Below are positions 1-9,100 of a stretch of DNA of 38,714 bases, one piece after another. This DNA is from a bacterium (GTDB lineage Bacteria; Bacteroidota; Ignavibacteria; UBA10030), in the NCBI GenBank assembly GCA_043803945.1, contig JAZDJN010000024.1, positions 1 to 38,714 of the forward strand, read 5' to 3'. The notes under the pieces are model-generated. The model was not told the origin of the DNA, ran no database searches, and worked only from the letters and a program-made list of their open reading frames with translations. Within the stretch, counting starts at the first letter, position 1. Every line of letters begins with the position of its first letter. Made by a program: the position numbers and the translations under genes.

Positions 1-215
1 ACATCATCATGGGGCTCCGCAAGGGGGTAGGTTTTCACTACATGAGCTTTTCTGTCATAATAAGTGAAAGCAGAGCTCAATGACCAAAAAATATTTTTTT
101 AGACCATACGACTGTCGAACTTGGGTTAGGACTCCTCTCCATGACCTGTTACGTTGGTGTAATCACGATTGTGAATGTAGGATTTGTCTTCTCGGAATGC
201 AATCGCTGAAATAGA

Positions 216-550
216 TTACCGGATCACGCTGAGAGGAATATTATTGAATATTTTTTCTTGTCGCGTCGGTGTTTTTCAAGAAGCGGATATGATCATCAGG
301 AAACGCTCCCCCATTCGGACTCTTGAGGAAATTATAAAATGCTTCAGCATCGCGATGAGCATACTTGAGATCGAACGAGGGTATCACCCTCATGAAATAG
401 AGCATTCGCTTTGTTTGTTCGAATCTTCACCTGGAGCGGTTCAGTCCCAGATCGTACCCCAAGTTGGGAATCCCGGCCAACGCTAATCCAGGTGAGAAGA
501 AGGATAAGACAACATGAGTAAGCGCATCGTATCCAATGTCGAGCAGACAT
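216..550 (-). pseudogene. Internally deleted remnant of a second secreted caspase-family gene (signal peptide + DUF4384-like start + caspase N-terminal piece + caspase C-terminus, in shifted frames)
   Basis: Manual translation. From ATG 550 (GGAG upstream): MSARHWIRCAYSCCLILLLTWISVG...EPLQVKIRTNKANALFHEGDTLV. Shifted frame 372-241: DLKYAHRDAEAFYNFLKSPNGGAFPDDHIRFLKNTDATRKNIQ*, matching LRYADRDADAFHDLLTTP...IRRLTNDQATSSNV of the neighbouring caspase. Frame 248-216: FNNIPLSVIR*, matching its C-terminal YDINLPLTIVVK*. The catalytic HG and DAC segments are absent. Confidence 0.8.
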
Positions 551-584
551 TAGCCTATACACTCCAGCGTGATGCAGGATGTCA

Positions 585-3263
585 TCATTTCACAACGATG
601 GTCAGAGGAAGATTGATATCGTAACTTCCGCTGGAGATCGGGCTTTGTTGTGCTTTGGTTTCCCGACGAACATTATCAGTGACGTATTGTGTCAACTCGC
701 CCAGGCGGACCATCCGATCACCGTTGCTATCAGCTTTCCCTTTAAGCCCTTCGAGGAGATAATGTGTGAAAACCCCATGCCCCCCGCCCCATTTGGCATC
801 CTCCTGCGAAAGTTGGTTGACATCACTTGCGGCAAATGTGATCCTTCCTGATCGCGCGCGTGCGAGCTCTGAGAAATATTCATTCACCAAGTCAGATGTG
901 GCTAGTGCTCTCGTTGTCACCATTCCCGTAGCACCTCTGCTATGGCAAGCATCGGCGAAGACAAGTACATTTTTTGCAGTGACATAATCGTCGAGCGCCA
1001 CTTGAATATCCTGCATCTTGACGGAAGTCGATGCAAGTCTCGTTAAGTCGGAATCGTACGTCAGCAGATAGAGAATCTTCGGCCGATCGGGATCGGGTGC
1101 ACCATGGCCGGCGAAGTAGATATAGACCTGATCATCCTCAATTGCGCTCTTCAGAAAATCGGTTAACGCTTCCCGAACGTTGGAGGATGTTGCCTGATCA
1201 TTTGTTAAACGCCGGATATTTGTTCTGGGGACTCCCATCCCCCCCGATTCAATCGGTGTCGTTAGAAGATCATGGAAGGCATCAGCATCCCGGTCTGCAT
1301 AACGGAGCTGCGGGATATCTCCAGATTTATATTTGGAGATACCGACAACGACAGCCCACCGTTGCCCCTTTAAAAACGAAGGCGGAATGACAGGTATATC
1401 TACGATCACTTCCGGATTTCTCGTGATCTTGAAGGTGAGCTTACTTTCATTCTTATATCGATCCAGTGCTCTCACATCAATTTCATTTTCCCCAAGCACA
1501 AGCAATGCTTCACCGACAAAATCAAACCCATCGCGACCTATCGTCAATCGGGCTTCCTCTCCATTGACGGTCACTCTTGCCACACCGGAGGTATCCTTAG
1601 CGACGCCTCGGACAACCACCGAAGAGGTCTGGGTTGCATATCTCGATTCACTCGGGATAATTTTGATTCCCCGCACAGCAGTAACAACCGGTTCCCAAAT
1701 CTCGATCTGTGGAGGAGTAATATCCCGTGCAAGAATTTTTCCCTTGATCTCAAATTTATTCAGCAATGGTGCTGCTTTGACTCCTGCCGCATCTTCAACG
1801 TCAACGGTGAGCTGCGTCGTTTGATTTGCAGCAGACTCCGCAGCTTCCAAATCAAACCGTGCTTCCTTCGTCATCATTGGAGCGATATCGCCTGCAACCG
1901 CCGATGGTGCAACTGTAACACGCTGGAGGGCCGGTGACCAGTTTAACTTGACGATAACATTCTTTGCCTGCATACCACCTGAATTTGTGACCTTCACAAT
2001 GAGTGACCCTTTCTCTCCTGCATCGAGTAATCCATTATTGGAAGGTTCAATAAGTTGAATTGCTGCGGCCAGGATCGTCGGTTTTATTGCTCCTTTCACT
2101 GAAACCGAAAGAGGAGTTGTTTCTATCTTCACGCCAGCGTCATCACTGATTTCAAAGGAGAGTGTGATATCTTCAGATCGAACCTGTCCTTCAGCGGCAA
2201 TCTCCAGGCGTGACATTTCGATTGCACCGGGTTTAATATCCCCGATCTTCTGTGAAACAGGTACGCTTACCCCAGGCGGTAACATTGGATTCTTCAACCG
2301 AGCGGTGACATTCTTTGCAACTGAACCACCGGAATTGGTCACTGTAATAATGATATTGCCTTTCTCATTCGCATCTAATGCACTATTGTTTGAAGGATCA
2401 GAAAATTGAACTGTCGCTGTCAGCACGGCGGGATTCACCAATGCCCGTATTGCAACGACAATTGGTTTCGATTCTGCTTTTATTCCAGTGTCATCACTCA
2501 CCTCAATGACGATGGAAAGATCTTCCGCACGGGCTGATGACATTGTGGTCAATTCAAACCGGATTACTCCACTTCCGTTGGGGGGAATCTCTCCGACCTG
2601 CTTTGATACAGACATCGAAATGCCGCTTGAGAATTCCTGTGGTTTCACGCGGGCGGTAACATTTTTCGCCGTCGAGTTTCCCTTATTTTCTACCTTAACA
2701 ATCAGGGTACCATTCTCTCCGGCTTCGAGTGTGTTCTTGCCTGCGGGATATTGAAACTCCTGTGTCACCATCAGCAGTATCGATTGTGAACTCTTTTCTT
2801 TGGTCGCAAATGTAATCAGTTGAGGTTGAGCTTTAATCGCATTGGCATCAACTGCTTCGACTGTAAATGTCACATAATCATTTTTCAATTTCTCACTGGC
2901 TGATAATTCAAACCTGACTGTTTTCGAAGCTTTTGGATCGATATCTCCCACCAGAATCGAAACCGGAAACTCAATGTCGCCTGTTGTGGAAAGGGACTTA
3001 ATGCTGGCAACGACTCCTTTTGCGCGCATACCTCCTGCATTCGTTACCAACGCTACAATAGATCCTTTTTCACCGGCATCGAGAGCGACATTTTTTGACG
3101 GCTCCTCGAAATTGAGAACGATGGAGAGGCTCGCCGGCTTTCCCAATGGATCAATTGAAAATGTTTTACTGCGTTCTTTCGCCTCCTGGCCCCATCCCAG
3201 GGATGAAGCGATTAGAACAATTCCAAACCAATAAAGATTGTTTTTCATGTTTGTTCTTTCCAT
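585..3263 (-). CDS. Secreted/periplasmic caspase-family (peptidase C14) protease with four N-terminal CARDB/Ig-like repeats and one further Ig-like domain; probable start 3248
   Basis: Signal peptide MKNNLYWFGIVLIASSLGWG|Q; four ~117-aa repeats (core LDAGEKG...VTN.GG..AKNV); DITPPQIEI...LVLGENEI Ig-like domain; C14 motifs RWAVVVGISKY, YFAGHG (His), FADACHS (Cys), GHGVFTHYLLEGLKGKAD, QQSP. Confidence 0.92.
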   Translation of the reverse strand: MERTNMKNNLYWFGIVLIASSLGWGQEAKERSKTFSIDPLGKPASLSIVLNFEEPSKNVALDAGEKGSIVALVTNAGGMRAKGVVASIKSLSTTGDIEFPVSILVGDIDPKASKTVRFELSASEKLKNDYVTFTVEAVDANAIKAQPQLITFATKEKSSQSILLMVTQEFQYPAGKNTLEAGENGTLIVKVENKGNSTAKNVTARVKPQEFSSGISMSVSKQVGEIPPNGSGVIRFELTTMSSARAEDLSIVIEVSDDTGIKAESKPIVVAIRALVNPAVLTATVQFSDPSNNSALDANEKGNIIITVTNSGGSVAKNVTARLKNPMLPPGVSVPVSQKIGDIKPGAIEMSRLEIAAEGQVRSEDITLSFEISDDAGVKIETTPLSVSVKGAIKPTILAAAIQLIEPSNNGLLDAGEKGSLIVKVTNSGGMQAKNVIVKLNWSPALQRVTVAPSAVAGDIAPMMTKEARFDLEAAESAANQTTQLTVDVEDAAGVKAAPLLNKFEIKGKILARDITPPQIEIWEPVVTAVRGIKIIPSESRYATQTSSVVVRGVAKDTSGVARVTVNGEEARLTIGRDGFDFVGEALLVLGENEIDVRALDRYKNESKLTFKITRNPEVIVDIPVIPPSFLKGQRWAVVVGISKYKSGDIPQLRYADRDADAFHDLLTTPIESGGMGVPRTNIRRLTNDQATSSNVREALTDFLKSAIEDDQVYIYFAGHGAPDPDRPKILYLLTYDSDLTRLASTSVKMQDIQVALDDYVTAKNVLVFADACHSRGATGMVTTRALATSDLVNEYFSELARARSGRITFAASDVNQLSQEDAKWGGGHGVFTHYLLEGLKGKADSNGDRMVRLGELTQYVTDNVRRETKAQQSPISSGSYDINLPLTIVVK

Positions 3264-3282
3264 AAGGTATAAACCATGCCTC

Positions 3283-3828
3283 TCAGTTACCCGGCCGTGC
3301 AGGAGGAAGTGGTAATGATGTTGAACCTGGTGGAGTAATTATGCTTTTATCGTCACCAGATTTTTTCCCTCCAAGTGCTGCTGCACCGCCGCCTATGATG
3401 GCAGCTCCGAGAATGGTATACAACCACCAATTCGATCCTGAAACACGATTCACTGTGATCTCGACATAAAATCCGTCACCGGTGATTTTTTCTGAACAAT
3501 CCTTTCGGTAATCCCACTTAATCTGCTTCTCTCCGCTGGTGTACTCCTTTTCGCCAACGTCGCCTGTCGCTGTTTTGACAGGAATCTTTAGAGAAGCAAT
3601 CCTCTCATTCAGCATCACTACCGAGACCTCATACTTATCGGTTGCCGGCAGAGTAATCTCGTACCGGATTATCATGGTGGTCGATTCAACTTCTACCTGC
3701 TTGATGGAAAGTTTGATTTGCTCCTCCATCGAACGCAGTGTGGAGGCCTGTGCATCAAAGCAGTACCCCAGCCAGGAAGGGATGAGGATGGCAATTATTA
3801 TTCTGCGCAACATAAAGAATTTTTTCAT
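3283..3828 (-). CDS. Hypothetical exported protein with C-terminal transmembrane helix and Pro-rich tail
   Basis: N-terminal hydrophobic signal; beta-rich core (IRYEI..DKYEVSV..ATGDVG..KQIKWD); NWWLYTILGAAIIGGGAAALGG followed by KK and a LPLPPARPGN tail; 11 bp from the upstream gene. Confidence 0.8.
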   Translation of the reverse strand: MKKFFMLRRIIIAILIPSWLGYCFDAQASTLRSMEEQIKLSIKQVEVESTTMIIRYEITLPATDKYEVSVVMLNERIASLKIPVKTATGDVGEKEYTSGEKQIKWDYRKDCSEKITGDGFYVEITVNRVSGSNWWLYTILGAAIIGGGAAALGGKKSGDDKSIITPPGSTSLPLPPARPGN

Positions 3829-3839
3829 TGCCTATCCCC

Positions 3840-6149
3840 TTATCGTATAAGTGTCATTTTTTTAGTTTGACTGAAACCGCTCTCCGTCATCAATCGATAG
3901 AGATAGATACCGCTTGCTGCGGCAACACCATGGTCATCCGTTCCATCCCAGAGGTACGAATGTGCGCCGCCGGGTAAATTTTGATCAACCAACGCTGCAA
4001 TTCGTTCACCCAGGAGAGAGAGTATCTCCAGACGCACGTGAGATATTTTCGGTAAACGAAACGTGATGGTCGTTGCGGGATTGAAAGGATTTGGATAATT
4101 CTGCAGCAGGTCGTACACCTTGGGGAGAATATTGTCAGCCTGATCCTCGACAAATTTCTTCGGACCGACAACGAGACTAAACTTTGAAATCTTTTGCGTT
4201 GGAGTCCATTGATAGAACTGATTCTCCCGAACATCGATTGCTGCCTGGCGTGACTTATCCAGCAATCGAATTTCATAGAAAGCGGGCACTGATTGAATGC
4301 CAATAAACCTGAGCGTTCCTTTCGAAGCACGCGGATTTGAGACATCGAAATCCCATCGCTGCCCTTCTTCTATCGCCGGCCGATAGTCGCCACTATACCT
4401 CAAGCTACTGCTCATCCATTCTGATCTCTCAAAGTAGACGAAGCCTTGGTCCATAAAGAGTGGAGGTTTTGCCTGGTCAAGCTCATCGTATTCATTCCGT
4501 GCGGATGAAGCGATACCGAGATAGTTTTCATCATCCCGATTAATATCCGATTCAAATGCAATTTGAATGCGCCAATTGATCGACGGCGGATCAAGAACAT
4601 CAATCTTTGCTCCTGGGAATGGATAAGGAATTTTTAAGACATTCAGTGCAGGAGTATTATTGAAATAATATCCTTTATAAGGATCAAATGTTGTAGCTGA
4701 AAAGTATGATCCATTATAGTCATAGAGCGGAATTGACGCAGAGAGGCTATTCACCGATTTAACCTGATCCCAGTTAACAGATTTATCGAAGGGATTGCTG
4801 ATGATGTTCCACCCGCTATGCAATTTAATGCTGTATGTGGCATCACTGCTCAGCGGGGGCATTGAAAGTGTTCCAGCGGAGAGTTTGGCATCTCCTTTTC
4901 TCAGCAGCCAATATCCCTCGCCATTACTCAATGCCAAATTACCATTTGTAATTTCTTGAAAATTCCCCGAACCAGGATCGCTGAACATCCTCCAATCAGA
5001 CAAGTTTGTTCCTGAAACAAAATCACGAACATATATTGGGGTTGTTCCCGGAAATCCAATGAGTCGGTATGAGGTCGATTGTGTTGGTTGTGATGGAAAA
5101 GTAATTGTCGAAGGTGTTACAGTCACGGTGCCTAATGATGAGAAGTACCATGTTGATGAGAAACTGCTCTTCCCGCTTATATTAAGCGAGGCAACCCGCC
5201 AATAGTAGATCGTATTTGCTGCAATGGAGGTTAGAGTCCTTGATGTACCTGTGAGTAATGAATCATTGATCACGAATCGTCCGGAAAAAGAGGCCTCTGT
5301 TGAAACCTGGAGGTGGTACCCTGCGGCGTCAGAAACGGCAGACCAGCTCAGGAACGCTGATAAACTCAGGCCGCTTGCCCCATTTGACGGACTATTTAAT
5401 ACAGGCGCAGTTGGAATTGGCAGCTCTGTTACAAAACTATAGGCAGAAGAATAGCCGCTGAAGCCGCTCGAGTTCTTTGCCCCAACACGCCAATAATATG
5501 TGGCGTTTGAGAGCAATGGACCTATCTGCTTGGATGTTGCTGCAATCGTGGAGTCATCAAACACCATCGTTCCAAAATTTCCGGCGGTAGAGACTTGAAG
5601 TCGGTACGTCGATGCACCCGTGGATGGATCCCACGTCAAGGTGAGTGTTGGTTTCTGTTTCGTCGCCCCGTCAGCCGGGCTGGAGAGTTTAGGCGGCAGC
5701 GGAACTACCACTACCGCTAGTGTTGTAAACTGATACATGGAAGAATAGCCACTCCATCCGCCTGAATTTTTTGCGGCCACTCTCCAGAAATATGTTGAAC
5801 TTCCCGACAATGGCCCAATCTGTTTCGAAGTGCCGGTTAAGGTGGAATCATCGAATACGACGGTTGTGAAGAGTGATGTAGAAGAAACCTGCAATCGATA
5901 CGTTGTCGCTCCTGTCGAAGCATTCCAGATTAATGTAGGAGTAAGCGGCAGGCCTGTTACTCCGCTGGTGGGAGCCTGAAGTGTTGGCGCAATTGGCAGT
6001 GTCACGAAACTCAAAATCGAACCGCGACTCGTTCCCGTGCTATTCTGTGCGGCAACTCGGTAGTAGTACGTTGTGCCCGATGATAATCCGGTTACTCCAT
6101 CGGAAAATGGGATGGCATTCGATGATGTCAAAATCTGTTTTTGCGACAT
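3840..6149 (-). CDS. C-terminal part of frameshifted giant T9SS cargo protein (second half of an FN3 domain, three FN3/Ig-like repeats, T9SS/FlgD-like C-terminal domain)
   Basis: Begins mid-FN3 (GLSSGTTYYYRVAAQN) with no signal peptide; three repeats P.L..P..G.T....TL.W....GA..Y.LQVS...Y.WRV; ends LLQNYPNPFNPATTI...ASGIYLYRL...KKMTLIR. Confidence 0.85.
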   Translation of the reverse strand: MSQKQILTSSNAIPFSDGVTGLSSGTTYYYRVAAQNSTGTSRGSILSFVTLPIAPTLQAPTSGVTGLPLTPTLIWNASTGATTYRLQVSSTSLFTTVVFDDSTLTGTSKQIGPLSGSSTYFWRVAAKNSGGWSGYSSMYQFTTLAVVVVPLPPKLSSPADGATKQKPTLTLTWDPSTGASTYRLQVSTAGNFGTMVFDDSTIAATSKQIGPLLSNATYYWRVGAKNSSGFSGYSSAYSFVTELPIPTAPVLNSPSNGASGLSLSAFLSWSAVSDAAGYHLQVSTEASFSGRFVINDSLLTGTSRTLTSIAANTIYYWRVASLNISGKSSFSSTWYFSSLGTVTVTPSTITFPSQPTQSTSYRLIGFPGTTPIYVRDFVSGTNLSDWRMFSDPGSGNFQEITNGNLALSNGEGYWLLRKGDAKLSAGTLSMPPLSSDATYSIKLHSGWNIISNPFDKSVNWDQVKSVNSLSASIPLYDYNGSYFSATTFDPYKGYYFNNTPALNVLKIPYPFPGAKIDVLDPPSINWRIQIAFESDINRDDENYLGIASSARNEYDELDQAKPPLFMDQGFVYFERSEWMSSSLRYSGDYRPAIEEGQRWDFDVSNPRASKGTLRFIGIQSVPAFYEIRLLDKSRQAAIDVRENQFYQWTPTQKISKFSLVVGPKKFVEDQADNILPKVYDLLQNYPNPFNPATTITFRLPKISHVRLEILSLLGERIAALVDQNLPGGAHSYLWDGTDDHGVAAASGIYLYRLMTESGFSQTKKMTLIR

Positions 6150-9100
6150 CGACGGTACGTAGCAAGCGTGCTCGAAGTTCCATATTCAAACCACCCCGTA
6201 CCATTCTGGTTATTCGGATTGACCAGTGCATTGAGTTGCGCTGTCGTTGTTGTCACGAGCGATGCTGCTGAGGTAATAACAATCGGCGCCGGTGTAGGGA
6301 GCAGCGCGTCCCAAAATGCTTGAGCTCTTTGACTAACTGCCTGCACACCGCTCAATCCATCACCCGCTGCAAGTGCGAAAGCGATTGTCGCGGAATCACC
6401 CGGGGTGAGGGAAAATGGGCCGGAAAATTCACCAACACGATAATCCGCAATCGGATCGGAAGTCGGCGAATCATATCCAGTACGTGAGAGAGCTTTATAC
6501 CAGCTTAGTGTATTCCTCGGAGCGGGATTTGCCGTACCACCCCATCGCTGAATGGAGCTGGGCGCAGCAGAGACCATGCAGATACCGGCATAACTTTTCC
6601 ATGTATTACTCGCATCATAGGTATAGATGAGGCGTTTGGCAGCATCAACTCCTGTGAGGTTCTTGTTAGGATCATTGACATCGAAATCGGCATAGGGACC
6701 GAGATAGAGATTATTCAGTGTCTGGCCTGACTTGTTGTAGAGTTTAAAAATGTGAATGATGAAGGTTTCATTTTGTGGAGCGAGTGTCGACTGGCTGAGT
6801 TGTATATCGCTGTTGTTCTTGAGGAGGAAGCGTGTTTTTGTTTCTATCACTCCAGTTCGTGCTACTGAGGTTATTGGATCCATGGGTAGGAAGCTATCTT
6901 CATAGTCAAGTGTTTGCAGCGTATCGCCCACCGCTTTGAGCGCTCCGATCATCAATTGGACTAGATAGAGATGATGATTTTTACTCCCTGCCGGATACTC
7001 CATCGAAGGCTCATCATCAGCAAAGGTAGCACTGCCACTTCCGATGATGCCGTCATTACGTATTGTATTGTTCAAGAGGCCTGTTTTATGGACAAACGTC
7101 TGCACGTCGATGATGCTCAAGGCACTGGTGCTTGTATCTATAGCACTCGCACCCAAAGAATTGTATCCAACAACTTTCACATAAACATCCTTCGAGGGTG
7201 TTCGAGGCACCTGCCATAAATAGGATCCGGAGTTGAGGAGTGAATCCTTGATGAGCTTCCAACTTGCACCCTTATCATAGGAATAGAGAAGTTGGATACG
7301 ATTGATTGTCGCAGCAGAATTATCGGATGCCTGCCAGATAATGCGATGGAACGAATCTTCATTCCAATTCTCAGCACCATTTGGGGAGAGGATGTGAACG
7401 CTGATTGTACTTGGTATGGTCATGGCATTTCTGTAGATCGAAATATTATTACTATTCACATTGACGACAGAGAGATCCAATTTGCCGTCCCCATCGATAT
7501 CGCCAAGAGCCACTCCATAAGGATTCGTGCCCGTGCCAAAGTCTACCTTTGTGGCAAAGCTCACATTGCCACTCGTGCTGGTATTCTTCAAGAGAGTAAC
7601 AGTATTGCTCCCCCAATTCGTTACTGCTGCATCGGGTTTACTATCGCCATCAATATCACCATATGAAATTCCAGATACATTTGTGCCGGTCACAAAGAAC
7701 AGAGCTGCCGCAAAGGAGCTTGTTGTAAGAGATCCAGAAGTGCTTGTGTTCCTGAATACAGCAATATTGTTGCTGTTCTGGTGTGTCACTGTTAAATCCG
7801 GTTTGAGGTCACCATCAACATCACTGATGGCAATATACTTTGGCGTGTTTCCGGTCGTCAGATCAAATTTGCTTGGGAGACTGATATTACCTGCGGTACT
7901 TGTATTTTTGTAAATGGAGATTGTTGTGGGGCTGTTATAGTTCGCAACAGCGACATCAGGCCTACCATCAGCATCCAGATCACCAATCGCTACTCCGCAA
8001 GGGTAGGTTCCGCTTGCTATGTCGAGCTTAGTAGAAAAACTTATACTCCCCGCTGTACTGGTATTCCTGAAAATCGAGATGGTATTACTGCTGCTGTTCG
8101 CTACAACCATATCGGGCTTTCCATCACCATCCAGGTCGCCAATGGCAATTCCGAGAGGAGCTGTTCCTGTGGCAAAATCTGTTTTAGTAGAAAAGCTCAC
8201 ACTTCCGCTAACGCTTGTATTTCTAAATATTGATACAGTGTTGCTATTCCAATTGGTCACGGCAAGGTCAGGCTTGCCGTCACCATCCAGATCACCCACA
8301 GCAACATCGCGAGGATAGATTCCTGTTGTGAAGTCAACTTTTGTTGCGAAACCTATTGTTCCACTCGTACTCAAATTTCTGAAGACCGAAAGCACATTGT
8401 TGTTCTGACTTGGCACAACCATATCGGATTTGCCATCACCATCGACATCAATAATAACGTTGTACGAGGGGCTGACCCCGGTGGTGAAATCAAGTCTTGG
8501 CGCAAACGATGTATTTGTAATCATTCCACTACTTGTGAATGTAACAACGAACGGTGCTGTTGAGTAAGCAGTCAAACCGTTGGTTGTTACGGTAATGGGT
8601 TGATAGGTTACTCCTGTTGGGACTACGACAGTGAGTGTTGTCGATGTCGCAGATGTCACTGCCGCCTTTACCGCACCGAAGTAGACGATGTTGTTGGACA
8701 CAATTGCACTAAAATTTGTACCAGTAATCGTTACCGATGTGCCGACTGAACCAGAGGTAGGAGAAAATGAAGTGATCATTGGAGGTGACGCAAGTGGTTG
8801 TAGTGCATTTCTCAATAGTGAAATCGAATTACTGCCATCATTCGCTATCGCCAAATCAGGCTTGCCATCGCCATCCAAATCACCTATGGAAAGAGTAGCA
8901 GGTGCATTACCCGATACAAAATCCACTTTCGATGCAAATGAAGTGCTTGTGATGCTTCCGATGCTGCTCGTATTCTGAAATACCGATATGGAGCTGCTAG
9001 AATTATTTGTTGTTGCGAGATCAGGTTTGCCATCTCCATCCAAATCGCACACAACAACATCAAGCGGAACGGAACCAGTTATAAAATCCACTTTTGCTGC

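Noticed and set aside
1-215. Possible gene start running off the left edge on the minus strand
   Set aside because: Only short open stretches without a convincing start, RBS or motif; cannot be supported.
184-486. 100-aa plus-strand ORF
   Set aside because: Lies antisense to the caspase remnant, which explains the sequence; TTG start and no recognisable motif.
585-3828. Caspase plus small TM protein as a gasdermin-like or anti-phage module
   Set aside because: No gasdermin, NLR/STAND, TIR or CRISPR components are seen, and the protease carries a signal peptide.
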